From positions 1 to 46,149 of the forward strand of contig JANOHV010000188.1 of the NCBI GenBank assembly GCA_031406795.1: a stretch of 46,149 bases of DNA, written 5' to 3'. The DNA is from Candidatus Rokuibacteriota bacterium. GTDB taxonomy: Bacteria; JAUVQV01; DATDCY01. Positions 34,334 through 43,816 of the stretch are shown piece after piece (the first letter of the stretch is position 1; the number at the start of each line of letters is the position of its first letter). The notes below the pieces were generated by a model, which saw only the letters and a program-made list of their open reading frames with translations, had not been told where the DNA came from and did no database searches. Made by a program: the position numbers and the translations under genes.

Positions 34334-36517
34334 TTATTTGGTATGGCACTGCACGCAGAGGGCCTGGTAGTCGAAGCTGGTCCCATCGGCGTCTGGCACC
34401 TGCCACTCCCCGTAGAGGGTCGTCGTCGGCAGGATCCCGACCGGCTTGATCGCAGCCGGCCAGACCTCGAGGATCAACGTCGACCCCGACGCGTCGTGAG
34501 TCTGGTGGCAGGAATCGCAGGTCATCGCGTTCTCGCGCGGGTAGGTGGCGGGCCCGGTCGGGGCCCCGGGCGTATTTGCGCCGGTCCCGTCCGGGTTCTC
34601 CGGGATGCGGAACTCGCCGCCTCCGGTCTTCAACGTCTGCAGGGTGCGCCCGGAATCGACAGCGAAGGAGACCAGCTCGCCGGTCATCGGGTGGTTCCCC
34701 CCTTTCATGACACCCTTGACGTGGCAGGCGGTGCAGAACACGTTGGTGTCGACGATCTCCCCGTCGGCGTGCGTCTCGAGCAGCTGCGGCGAGCCCGGGG
34801 CTATGCCCGTCGGCTTCAGGTCGTGGCACGACTCGCAGACGAGGACCGGCTCCTCAGGCGTTCCGGCGTACCGGGAGTACCCCCCGCGCGGCCAGAGGCC
34901 GGTCTTCACCCCTTCCGGTTTCGTCTTTCCGAGGAAGTGGCTGCCGTCCCCCAGAGCCTGGTACTGCGCATTTATCCGGCGCCCGCCGGCTTTGCCCCTG
35001 GTCGGGGTGAACCGCTCCCCCGAGTTGGTGTGGCAACGGAAGCACTCGAGCGACCGCTGCTCGGTGAACCTGACCCCCTTCAACTCCCCGATCCGGCCGT
35101 TGTCCGACGGCTGTCCGGGCGCCAGGGAGCTGTCCTTCGGCCGCCAGTCGGGGTCGAGGCCCGGGAGCCCCTGAACCGGCCAGTTGTGGGCGCCGCCGGG
35201 AAGGTGGCAGTCCTCGCAGGTCAGGTCGTCGTCCTGGTTGCCGATGAAGGAGTCCCGAAACCTCCCTGATCCCATCAGCCCCGGACCGACCGGGTGGTGC
35301 GCGCCGAAACCGGCCTTGTGGCAGTCGGCGCAGATCGCGGTTATCTCGTCGCGCAGCAGCGGCGTCCCTACGCCGTCGCCCCGCGGGGGGGCCTCCGGCT
35401 GCGCGACGAACGCCGCGAGCGGGTGCGCGAGGTGGCAGGAGCCGCAGATCAGGTTCGGCCGCATCACGGCCGTGGGGTTCGACCCGGCCGGCCAGCCCGC
35501 TGGCAGTTCCGTGACGCCCTTGTCCCTTGAAGAGTCGTAGTCGTCGACGGGGTGGGTGAAGGAGAGGGATCCCGGGTTTGGCCAGGCCGCACCGGCATAC
35601 CCCTGCGGCCGCGGCCCGCGGTGGCAGCTCTCGCACAGGGCACTTGCCGTGCCTCCCTCCCCGTTCGCGTGCCCGGAGGCAGAGCTGCCCTGGGCGATCG
35701 CGAGCAAGTCCTCGCCCGGGGGGGTCTCCGCCCCCCCTTCCGGGTACGTCCCGTGGACCGCGTGGCAGGTGTTGCAGCCGATGCCCGCCTTCGCTCCCGG
35801 CGCGCCGCCGCCGATGAGGTGCGGCCCGAGGTTGTGCGTCCCCGGGAGGCCCCCGTCCCACGGGAGCAGCCCGAGACCGGCGAGCGCCGGGTCGATCGGG
35901 GCGGAGTCCCGCCGCGTCCCGAAGACGTCGGTCCCGACCGGGTGGGTGCCGGGGTTCTTTTCACCGGAGAACGCACCCCACTCCCCGACGTCCGCGGCGG
36001 GCGCGCCGCCGACGAAATTCCGCCGCGGGTGGCAGCGCAGGCAGAGCCGGTCGATCGTGTCCCAGAGGAATGGCCGGTAGGCGTCGTCGTGCACATTGTG
36101 GCAGGTGGTGCACTCGAAAGTTCCGGCCCCGGCCGCGGCGACGTACGGAAGGGTGGCGTCGACCGCCGCCGCCCCGTCGGGGCTCCTGGCGGCATTCAGG
36201 CCGTGCGAGTGCTCGTGCCAGACGTTCCCGAGATTCGACGACACGATTCCCGAGCCGCCGGCGTCTCCCGGCCCGTGGCAGTAGTAGCAGAGGGCGCCGA
36301 TGCCGCCGTAGCGGTTGGCGCCGCTCATGTCCGTCGGCCAGAGCTTGTCCCCGGCGGCCTTGTGCGGCAGGTGGCACACGGCGCAGACCCCCCCGCTCTC
36401 GGCGCCGATCTCGTGCGCTGTCCCGACCACGCCGGCGCTGGCAGGAAGGGCGGCGAGGCAGGCCAACCCGACGACGGCAGCGAGGATTCCGGCCGCCGCT
36501 GCCGCCACCTGTCTCAT
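34334..36517 (-). CDS. 14-heme cytochrome c (doubled-CXXCH type), paralogue 2
   Basis: Signal peptide; GVVGTAHE...CAVCHLPH...KLWP...LCYYCH; 14 CxxCH ending LCVQCHTK; ATGA overlap with the upstream gene. Confidence 0.93.
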   Translation of the reverse strand: MRQVAAAAAGILAAVVGLACLAALPASAGVVGTAHEIGAESGGVCAVCHLPHKAAGDKLWPTDMSGANRYGGIGALCYYCHGPGDAGGSGIVSSNLGNVWHEHSHGLNAARSPDGAAAVDATLPYVAAAGAGTFECTTCHNVHDDAYRPFLWDTIDRLCLRCHPRRNFVGGAPAADVGEWGAFSGEKNPGTHPVGTDVFGTRRDSAPIDPALAGLGLLPWDGGLPGTHNLGPHLIGGGAPGAKAGIGCNTCHAVHGTYPEGGAETPPGEDLLAIAQGSSASGHANGEGGTASALCESCHRGPRPQGYAGAAWPNPGSLSFTHPVDDYDSSRDKGVTELPAGWPAGSNPTAVMRPNLICGSCHLAHPLAAFVAQPEAPPRGDGVGTPLLRDEITAICADCHKAGFGAHHPVGPGLMGSGRFRDSFIGNQDDDLTCEDCHLPGGAHNWPVQGLPGLDPDWRPKDSSLAPGQPSDNGRIGELKGVRFTEQRSLECFRCHTNSGERFTPTRGKAGGRRINAQYQALGDGSHFLGKTKPEGVKTGLWPRGGYSRYAGTPEEPVLVCESCHDLKPTGIAPGSPQLLETHADGEIVDTNVFCTACHVKGVMKGGNHPMTGELVSFAVDSGRTLQTLKTGGGEFRIPENPDGTGANTPGAPTGPATYPRENAMTCDSCHQTHDASGSTLILEVWPAAIKPVGILPTTTLYGEWQVPDADGTSFDYQALCVQCHTK

Positions 36518-38172
36518 GGGGGCGCTGCGCCGCTCGCGGGAAGGAACTCCCGGACGGACAGCGCGTGTGCCATCGGCATCCCGATCCAGAGCCGCCCCGT
36601 TCCCGGTTCGAACGCGAGACCGGCCGGGGTGACCACGTCCCAGAGCGGGCGCATTCCGCCGGCGGCCACCGCCCCGTCCTCCCTGCCGACGTGGTACCGG
36701 TACGCGCCGGTGCCCCGGTCGAACGCCTGAATCGTCGCCATCGGCGAGTCGGCGACCAGGACCGATCCGTCGGCGCCCCAGGCGATCCCCGAGGGACCGA
36801 TGAACCCCCCGACCATCGTCGGGGAGCGCCCGATCTCGAAGAGGAAGGAACCCGCCCCGTCGAAGGCCTGCACGCGCCGGTTCTGGGCGTCGAGCACGAA
36901 GATCTTCCCCTCGGGGTCGACCGCGAGTTTCGACGGCCGGTTGAACTCGCCCGGCTTGTCCCCGGGGAGGCCGAACTCCCTGACCAGGGCCCCGCCGCGG
37001 CCGAGCACGCAGACTCTCCCGAACGTGTTGTCGGTGACCACCATCTCCCCCCCGGGGAGGAAGTCCACATCGAGAGCGAACGGCCGCTCTCCCCGGGCGC
37101 GGGGGGTGAGCCGCTCCAACGCCTCGGGGCGCGCCGGCGCGTCGAACGTGACGGTCTCGAGCACCCTCCCGGTCGCGGGGTCGAAGGCCACGATCACCGA
37201 GCGCTCGCGGCGATCGGTGACCCAGACCCGCCCCTGCGCGTCCAGCGCGATTCCGTACGGCTGGCGCAGCGGCCGTTCAGCGCCGACGCCCGGCCCCCCG
37301 AGCACACGCAGCAGCGCGCCACCCGGCGCGAAGACGAACACGCCCGGCACCTGGTTGTCGAGGACGAAGATCGTGCCGTCGTCTCCCGCCACCAGGTCGA
37401 CCGGAGCCTTGAGCGGCTGCCGCGGGTCGCCCCGGAGCACGAACGCCTCGCGGCTGGGCCGCACCCGGAGCCCCGGCCCGGCCTCGCGCGCGGGCCTTGC
37501 CGCGGCGGGCGCGGCCAGCACCACCGCCCGGACTTCCGAGAACTGCCCCTCCACCCCGGTCTTGCTGACGGCGCCCAGGCGGTACTCGTAGCGCGCGCCC
37601 GCGCTGACGTCGGTGTCGGCGAAGCGGCTTTCCCGGACATTGGCGCGCAGCTGAAACTCCCCGGCGGGCTCGCCCGCCGAGCGCCGGTACACGTTGTACG
37701 AGACGGCGCCGGGCGCCGACGCCCAGAGCAGACGTGCGACCGCCCCCTCCGTCACATCCGTGCCGGGATCCAGGTCGGTCCAGCGCGGCGGGGGCGGTGG
37801 GACCAGTTCCGGCGCCTGCGCCAGCACTTCCGCCTCGGCCGAAAGCGGCCCCGTGCCTCCGGCCCCCTCTGCGCGGACGGCGTACCGGTAGCGAACGCCG
37901 CGGGCGACGGCGGTGTCGAGGAACTGCAGCCCAGGAGTCGCCGCAATCTGGCGTGCCTCTCCCTCGCCTTCAGCGCGCCGCAAGATGAGGTACTTCGTGG
38001 CGCCGGGGACAGCCGTCCAAGCCAGGCCGACGGCCGACCGCTCGGCGATGAAACGCTGGGCCACCCAGCGGGGGGCTTCCAGCCCGGCCGCGCCGCTCGC
38101 GCCGGCGAACGAACAGATGATCAGCGCGGCGGCGCGTACGAACGTCGTTCGTACCGCGCCGCGCAGCCTCAT
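36514..38172 (-). CDS. Fibronectin-III + NHL-repeat beta-propeller protein, paralogue 2
   Basis: Signal peptide, APRWV, two FN3-like repeats (DTAVARGVRYRYAV; DTDVSAGARYEYRL), NHL repeats (QPYGIALD; FNRPSKLAVD; GPSGIAW). Confidence 0.9.
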   Translation of the reverse strand: MRLRGAVRTTFVRAAALIICSFAGASGAAGLEAPRWVAQRFIAERSAVGLAWTAVPGATKYLILRRAEGEGEARQIAATPGLQFLDTAVARGVRYRYAVRAEGAGGTGPLSAEAEVLAQAPELVPPPPPRWTDLDPGTDVTEGAVARLLWASAPGAVSYNVYRRSAGEPAGEFQLRANVRESRFADTDVSAGARYEYRLGAVSKTGVEGQFSEVRAVVLAAPAAARPAREAGPGLRVRPSREAFVLRGDPRQPLKAPVDLVAGDDGTIFVLDNQVPGVFVFAPGGALLRVLGGPGVGAERPLRQPYGIALDAQGRVWVTDRRERSVIVAFDPATGRVLETVTFDAPARPEALERLTPRARGERPFALDVDFLPGGEMVVTDNTFGRVCVLGRGGALVREFGLPGDKPGEFNRPSKLAVDPEGKIFVLDAQNRRVQAFDGAGSFLFEIGRSPTMVGGFIGPSGIAWGADGSVLVADSPMATIQAFDRGTGAYRYHVGREDGAVAAGGMRPLWDVVTPAGLAFEPGTGRLWIGMPMAHALSVREFLPASGAAPP

Positions 38173-39251
38173 TTTCCGAGGCTCTCGAGCAGCGGCTGGT
38201 CCACGGAGACTTTGGCGGCGGCGCGCAGCCGCCCCACGAGCGCCGCGCGCTGTTTCAGCTTCGCATCGCGCTCGGCGTCGGCCTTGACCTTCCCCCTGGC
38301 CTTGTCGAAGGGCAGCGGCGCATCGGCGGACCCGTACCGGCCGGGATTGGCGCCGTAGTAGGCCCGCAGCTGCTCCTCCCCGAGGCTCGCGCTCACGTCT
38401 ACCTCGAGCGCGAGCAGGCGCCGCGTCACGGACGTCCTGACGAGTCGCTCCCGGGTGCGTTCGAAATCCCCGCGGAACGAGGGGAGGGCCGCCTCAGCCT
38501 CCCGATATAGTAGTTTTTTCCCGGCGAAAGCAGTGATCGCCCGTATGAAGCGCATCGCCGTCAAACCCTGGAGCGGCGGGTCGAGCCCCTGGACGGAACG
38601 CTCCGCAGCCTCGACCTCGGCCCAGAGGATCCCCTCCCCGTTGAGGCGGGCCACGACGAGCTGTCCGCGCGGGGTGTCCGGGGGTTTCGCCCCCTGGTAG
38701 ACCTCCGGCAGCAAGACCAGTTCGGCGCGCTCCCCCGCCTCCTTCTCGAGCTTGATGACCAGATCCCCGAGCTGGGCCGCCTCCGACATCACGCCGCCGT
38801 GCTTGCCGCTCATCTGGCTCCCGGTGTGGAATGATCCCGGGTCCTTCGCGGAGATCTCGCCGCGATGCAGGGAGAGCACGTATTGCTCGACGAGCAGGGT
38901 CTTCGTGTCGCGGGCGACGGCTGCGGCCACCTCGGGATCCAGGCCGAGGCCCCGGCGCACCGCCTCAGCGTAGAGGAGCTGGCTCTCGATCGCGAGATCG
39001 AGCGCCGCCACGGACCCCTTCGGACCCGCCCCGGTGACCCGCATGATCTCGCGCACCTGGCCGACGATGAGCGCCGCGCCGTCGACGCTGGCGATGACCG
39101 CGGCGTCGGCGGGAGGCACGCCGGTAACCAGCACCCCGGCGGGGCCCGCATCGCCTGCGAAGAGCCCGGCGGGCCAGAGCAGCAGCAGCAGCCCCGCGAG
39201 GGCGACCGCGCTACCGAGCCGCGGCCGCAAGAAGTTCGATCTGCGCTTCAT
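38169..39251 (-). CDS. SurA/PrsA-like periplasmic chaperone (parvulin-associated, PPIase domain largely missing)
   Basis: Signal peptide; VIASVDG..., LLYAEAVRRGL..DPEV, VVARLNGE.I, LRAYYGANP.RY, PF..ARGKV, LRAAAKVSVD pattern. Confidence 0.65.
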   Translation of the reverse strand: MKRRSNFLRPRLGSAVALAGLLLLLWPAGLFAGDAGPAGVLVTGVPPADAAVIASVDGAALIVGQVREIMRVTGAGPKGSVAALDLAIESQLLYAEAVRRGLGLDPEVAAAVARDTKTLLVEQYVLSLHRGEISAKDPGSFHTGSQMSGKHGGVMSEAAQLGDLVIKLEKEAGERAELVLLPEVYQGAKPPDTPRGQLVVARLNGEGILWAEVEAAERSVQGLDPPLQGLTAMRFIRAITAFAGKKLLYREAEAALPSFRGDFERTRERLVRTSVTRRLLALEVDVSASLGEEQLRAYYGANPGRYGSADAPLPFDKARGKVKADAERDAKLKQRAALVGRLRAAAKVSVDQPLLESLGK

Positions 39252-40857
39252 CAAGGGTCACCCGCTCTTCCTTCTGCTTGCGGTCGAGGAACTCCTGCCA
39301 GGAGGAGGTCCGCTTGGAAAGCAGCGCCCGGGACCGCGCGCGCTCCCGGACCTGATCGTACGGGATCAGCTGCGGCTCGGTCCGCGCCTCGAGCTTGATC
39401 AGATAGTAATTCCTCGACACCTCGATCGGGATGGAGACCTCGCCGGGGCGCAACGCCTCGACGTACCGCCGGGACTCTTCGCGGATGTTGTCCTCGGGCA
39501 TCCACCCCTGGTCGCCGCCGGTCTCGGCGCTGCCCCGGTCAATGGACACGCGCCTCGCCAGCTCCTCGAACTCCGCCCGGCCCGCGAGCAAATCGGCCCG
39601 GTAGCGCCCGGCAAGGTAGGCGCTGTCGAGGACGATCTGTCTCAGCCGCACCATGGCCTTGGTCTTGAACAGGTCGGGGTTCCTCTCGTAATATTCCAGC
39701 ACCTCGCCCTCGTCGACCTGGAACCCCTGGAAGACCCGCTCGCGGTACAATTCGTGGAGCAGATCGAGCGTGTAGTCCCCAATGCGTTCCGCCCACTGCG
39801 GATCCCGCGCCTCCAGCCCGAGCCGGCGCGCCTCCTGCGCCGCGAGCAGCTCGTCGATCTGCTTGTCGAGCTGCTTGCGCAGCAGCTTCTCCATCTCGCT
39901 GTGCTGCGGCACGCCGTGCATTCCCTGCGGCGCGAAGACCACCGCCTCGCCGTTGACCTCGGCAACCCTGGCGCGCGCGCCGGGGTCGGCGAGCGCCTTC
40001 TCGTCGACGCTGATCACGGCCTTCGCGCGCAGCGCCGCCGCCGCCGCGGCGAGCGCCTTCTCCCGCGCGCTCCTGAGCACGTCCGGGCGCAGCCGCTCGC
40101 GCTCAGCCGCGCGCTCCTTCGCGGGGTCGCCACGTTCGACGCCCATGACCACGTACCAGCCGATCGGCTCGCGCAGCGGCCCTGCCACTTCGCCGACCGC
40201 CAGCGCGAGGATCTTCGTCTGCGACGCGGCGGAGAAGTGGCTCTCCCCGTTGGCGCTCAGGCGCGTCTCGCCGATCATGGCGTCCGGAAGACCGGCGACG
40301 CGGGCGGCCGCGGGGAAATCCGAACCGGCGCGCAGAGCGGCGGCGAAGCGCACGGCCTCCTCCTCGCCGGGGAACGACGCCCAGTTCGCAAACACGGACT
40401 GCGCCTGCTCCGGAATCATCCGCTCCAGCGCCGCGTCGTCGACCGTGACTTCATCCTGGATCTTCCTGCGCCAGAGCCGCGCGAGCATTTCGTTCTCGTG
40501 CTGCCGGAGCCGCTCCTTGAAGCCGGCGCTCTCGCGCAGGCCAGCCTCCCCCGCGAGACCGGCGACGACCTCGAACAGCGCCAGGCGCAGCACGGCAGCG
40601 CGCAGCCCCCCGCGTTCCTTGAGAAGGTCGCGGTACCCCTCCGCGCCGAGCTTGCGCGTCTGGTACCCTTCGAACTCGGCGCGGCTGACGGCCCCGCCGC
40701 GGTAGGTTGCCAGCGACGCACCGGCCGGGCCGGCTGCTGACGCGACGGAGGACGATGCGAAAAAGAGCGCGGCCGCGGCTATCGTCGCCGCGGCCCGCCC
40801 CGGTGAAAAATGCGGTCGGCGGACAACCGCCGTCCGCCGACCACGCGTTCCTGTCAT
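39211..40857 (-). CDS. PpiC/parvulin-type peptidyl-prolyl isomerase / SurA-like chaperone (duplicated architecture)
   Basis: VRLRQIV...FEELARRVSIDRGSAETGGDQGW...LRPGEVSIPIE...YYLIKL parvulin motif, plus a second degenerate N-terminal copy. Confidence 0.85.
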   Translation of the reverse strand: MTGTRGRRTAVVRRPHFSPGRAAATIAAAALFFASSSVASAAGPAGASLATYRGGAVSRAEFEGYQTRKLGAEGYRDLLKERGGLRAAVLRLALFEVVAGLAGEAGLRESAGFKERLRQHENEMLARLWRRKIQDEVTVDDAALERMIPEQAQSVFANWASFPGEEEAVRFAAALRAGSDFPAAARVAGLPDAMIGETRLSANGESHFSAASQTKILALAVGEVAGPLREPIGWYVVMGVERGDPAKERAAERERLRPDVLRSAREKALAAAAAALRAKAVISVDEKALADPGARARVAEVNGEAVVFAPQGMHGVPQHSEMEKLLRKQLDKQIDELLAAQEARRLGLEARDPQWAERIGDYTLDLLHELYRERVFQGFQVDEGEVLEYYERNPDLFKTKAMVRLRQIVLDSAYLAGRYRADLLAGRAEFEELARRVSIDRGSAETGGDQGWMPEDNIREESRRYVEALRPGEVSIPIEVSRNYYLIKLEARTEPQLIPYDQVRERARSRALLSKRTSSWQEFLDRKQKEERVTLDEAQIELLAAAAR

Positions 40858-40879
40858 GTTCGACCGAGCCTCGCGGGGG

Positions 40880-41458
40880 CTACTTCGTATTGGCGAGAGC
40901 CTCGAGGAGCGCCTTGCTTTCGCCAGCCTGGAAACCGCTGCTCTTGAAGGCGATATTCCCGTCCCTGCCGATGACGAGCGTCGCCGGGGTCGCGCGGAAG
41001 CCGTACTTCAGCGCGGACGCGAAGTCTTTGTCGTGGAGCATCGTGAAGTCCGGGTGGCTGTACGAGTCGTTGTAGTTCTGGAGATTGTTTTCGTTGAAGT
41101 CGATGCTCACGACGTAGACCGCCGTGTCCTTGATCGAACCCTCGGTCTGGGCCTTCTTCAGCTCGGTGATCTCGGCCAGGCAGGAGGAGCAGCTCGAGGA
41201 GAGCCAGACGAAGAGCAGCTTCTTCTTCTTGAGCTCGGCGGAGAGAACGAAGTCCTTCTTGTCCTCGAAGTTCTTGATGGTGAAGTCGAGCGCCGGCTGC
41301 CCGATCTCAAAAGGCTTCACGGCCTTGACGGCGGGTGCCGCCGCTGCAGGTGCCGGGGCTGCAGGTGCCGCGGCGGGCGGGGCCTGCGCAAACGCAATCT
41401 GGGCGGACAGAAGACCGATCGCGGCGGTACAGGTAACAACGTTCTTCCAGGCGTTCAT
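40880..41458 (-). CDS. TlpA/ResA-like thioredoxin-fold protein (CSSC)
   Basis: Signal peptide, Pro/Ala linker, ALDFTI...LFVWLSSSCSSC, RATPATLVIGRDG. Confidence 0.88.
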   Translation of the reverse strand: MNAWKNVVTCTAAIGLLSAQIAFAQAPPAAAPAAPAPAAAAPAVKAVKPFEIGQPALDFTIKNFEDKKDFVLSAELKKKKLLFVWLSSSCSSCLAEITELKKAQTEGSIKDTAVYVVSIDFNENNLQNYNDSYSHPDFTMLHDKDFASALKYGFRATPATLVIGRDGNIAFKSSGFQAGESKALLEALANTK

Positions 41459-41490
41459 TCGGTACCCCCCTGTTGATGGTTGACTGCCTC

Positions 41491-41499
41491 ATCATAGCA
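41491..41499 (-). promoter_or_regulatory. Possible extended -10 promoter for the redoxin-chaperone-NHL-cytochrome run
   Basis: TG-C-TATGAT on the minus strand, 33 nt upstream of ATG 41458. Confidence 0.4.
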
Positions 41500-41550
41500 G
41501 AACCGGGGAGGGGCTGTTCGCCCCCCCCCGTCACGGTGACTTTCTTAGAG

Positions 41551-41575
41551 CCAGGGGGGCAACGTGCCCCCCTGG
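41551..41575 (-). terminator. GC-rich hairpin downstream of 14-heme paralogue 3
   Basis: CCAGGGGGGC-AACGT-GCCCCCCTGG, a 10-bp stem 15 nt after the stop; poor U-tract on the coding strand. Confidence 0.6.
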
Positions 41576-41590
41576 TTTCAAGCGTGAATC

Positions 41591-43816
41591 CTAGTAGTTG
41601 TGGCAGTTAACGCAGAGGGTGGGCGAGTAGCCCGCGCCGGCGTTGGCCTCCTCGAGGATGAAGTCGACACCCTTCACGATGGTGTTGGCGGAGTAGGTGG
41701 GTGTCGAAGGGGTGATCGTGCCGCTCGGCGCCGCATCGTGCGGCCGGTGGCAGGAGTCGCAGTCCATCTGGTTGTCTGCCGGGTACGATGCAGTGTTCGG
41801 GGTACCCGCCGCGTCGGCGTAGGAACCGGCGCCGGTGATCAGGGTCGTGGTGGGGCGCTGATTGTCAGCCGCGGCGGTGATCACCTGGCCGGTGATCTGG
41901 TGCGTCCCCGGAGGTCCGGTCGTCCCCGCGGTGGCGCCGTAGTGGCATTCCATGCAGAAGCGCGAGCCGACCGCTGCGCCGCCTGCCCCGGCCCGGTTGC
42001 CGGTCCCGTCGTCCTGATAGTTCATCAGCAGCAGGTTGTTCTGCCAGCCGGCCTTGCCGAGGGGAACAACGTTATAGCCGATGTTGCCGATGATGTTGTG
42101 GCAGGACTCGCAGGTCAGCGCCGCAGTGGCCGTGGATGTCGCGGCAGCGAGACCGTAGCGCGAGAGGTTGTCGGCAAAGCCGTCGATGCTGCCGCCCACC
42201 GGGTTCGCCGCGGGCGCGGGCCAGGCGGCGGTCCGGGGTACCGTCACAACGACGTTCTGGGGACCGAACGTGAAGACACCATCGGTACCGAGGACGTGGC
42301 TGGACTCGCCGCGGTCGACGCCGTGACCCCTCGGGAAGCGCTCGTGCAGACCGCCGTCCATGCCGGTGATGGTGGCGACGGCGGCTTGTGCGACCGACCC
42401 CTCGAGGTCGGTCGGGTTCGAGTTGTGGCAGTAGTTGCACCACACGCCGGAGGCCGCGTGGTTCAAGCCGCCGCCGGCGCCGTCGAAGTCGAGGGTCGCG
42501 AAGAAGGTGGTCGGGGTGTTGTGTGCGAAGGCCGAGTGGCAGTCTTCGCAGCCGAGGACCGAGGTCATGTTGTCGCCCTGCGCAACGGCCAGGTTCTGTT
42601 CGTGCGAGTGGTGATTGTTCGGGGAGGCGTTGCCGTGGCAGCTGTAGCACCAGTTGGTGGCGTTGCCCATGGTCCGGCGCAGGCGGCCGGTCTGGACGTT
42701 ACCCTGGTTCGTGCTGGCGTCGGCCGGCAGGCCGCCGTGCGCGTCGTGGCAGCTCGAGCAGACCGCAGTGTTATTTGCAGCGGTGCCTGCTGGCCACGGG
42801 GACAGAGCGGAACCGTGGTTCGGGCCGCCGTTGGTGGGGAAGTTGACCGTGTAGGCGCCGGTGTTGGTGTCGATCGGGTGGTCGCCGCCGAGAGTAACAA
42901 CCGGGCGGTTATGGCAGCCGTTGCAGAGGGCGGAGGTGGCGTAGTTGGTCGGGAAGTTGTTGATGGCGAGGATGTAAAGACCCTGGCCGCCACTGCCCGC
43001 GGTCTCGTCCCCGTGCACAGCGTGGCAGGTGTTGCAGTCCAGCACGCCGGTGGCGCCGCCGGCGTCTGTCTTGCCACCCAGGTTCCAGGTCCAGGAACCG
43101 GCGGCCGGGACCGGATTGCCCATGTTCGGGCTGCCTGCAGAGGAGACCGCGAGCGCCGCGACCATGCTCGCGCCCTGGGTCGGGACGGTGGCGGCAATCT
43201 GGATGGGGTGGAGCGAGATGTTGACGTTGTAGCCGGCGGCCTCGTTGTTGTCGCCCTGCTCGGCCGCCGTGTCGATCTCGCCGCGCATGTGGCAGCGCTC
43301 GCAGAGGTCGCCGCGGTAGCCGGCCGCGCCGGTGCCCGTGCGCAGATAGGGGCGCTTCGAGTCGGTTTCGTCGTGCACGAAGTGGCAGGAGGTGCACTGG
43401 ATCGCCCGGCCGCCCGACTGCGTCAGCGGGTTGGTGGCGTTGCTGTAGGGGAGCGTGCTGGCGTTGAGGGCGGTCGCGCCGGGAGTAGCGGATGCGGCAG
43501 GGCCGTCCGGCTCGGCGGGGATCGCCGCGAAGCTGGGGCCGTGGGAGGCGTTGTCGTAGGCGTAGTTGGCCATGTTCGAGCCGCCGGAGGTTCCGTCGTG
43601 GCAGGAGTAGCAGAGCTGGCCGATCTTGTTTGCGCCCCAATTGCCGACACCGGACGGGACATCGATCCAGAGGCGGTCGCCGCCGGCGGCGTGGGGGATG
43701 TGACAGTTGTTGCACGTGAACGTCGCGTGCGGCCCACCGAGCGCGAACACTTGCGCCGGAACGGCCATCAGGCCGGCCGCGAGCAGCGTCACTGCTACGA
43801 GCAATCCTTTTTTCAT
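41591..43816 (-). CDS. 14-heme cytochrome c (doubled-CXXCH type), paralogue 3; Asn/Thr/Gly/Ala-rich, candidate filament subunit
   Basis: GGAGGG RBS, MKKGLL...VFA signal peptide; 14 CxxCH from CNNCH to CVNCHNY. Confidence 0.95.
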   Translation of the reverse strand: MKKGLLVAVTLLAAGLMAVPAQVFALGGPHATFTCNNCHIPHAAGGDRLWIDVPSGVGNWGANKIGQLCYSCHDGTSGGSNMANYAYDNASHGPSFAAIPAEPDGPAASATPGATALNASTLPYSNATNPLTQSGGRAIQCTSCHFVHDETDSKRPYLRTGTGAAGYRGDLCERCHMRGEIDTAAEQGDNNEAAGYNVNISLHPIQIAATVPTQGASMVAALAVSSAGSPNMGNPVPAAGSWTWNLGGKTDAGGATGVLDCNTCHAVHGDETAGSGGQGLYILAINNFPTNYATSALCNGCHNRPVVTLGGDHPIDTNTGAYTVNFPTNGGPNHGSALSPWPAGTAANNTAVCSSCHDAHGGLPADASTNQGNVQTGRLRRTMGNATNWCYSCHGNASPNNHHSHEQNLAVAQGDNMTSVLGCEDCHSAFAHNTPTTFFATLDFDGAGGGLNHAASGVWCNYCHNSNPTDLEGSVAQAAVATITGMDGGLHERFPRGHGVDRGESSHVLGTDGVFTFGPQNVVVTVPRTAAWPAPAANPVGGSIDGFADNLSRYGLAAATSTATAALTCESCHNIIGNIGYNVVPLGKAGWQNNLLLMNYQDDGTGNRAGAGGAAVGSRFCMECHYGATAGTTGPPGTHQITGQVITAAADNQRPTTTLITGAGSYADAAGTPNTASYPADNQMDCDSCHRPHDAAPSGTITPSTPTYSANTIVKGVDFILEEANAGAGYSPTLCVNCHNY

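Noticed and set aside
22166-41458. Selenocysteine in the redoxin active sites or at other TGA stops
   Set aside because: All five redoxins have Cys codons in CxxC. Other TGA stops (11493, 18482, 25017, 36514, 38169) fall at natural C-termini or overlap the next start.
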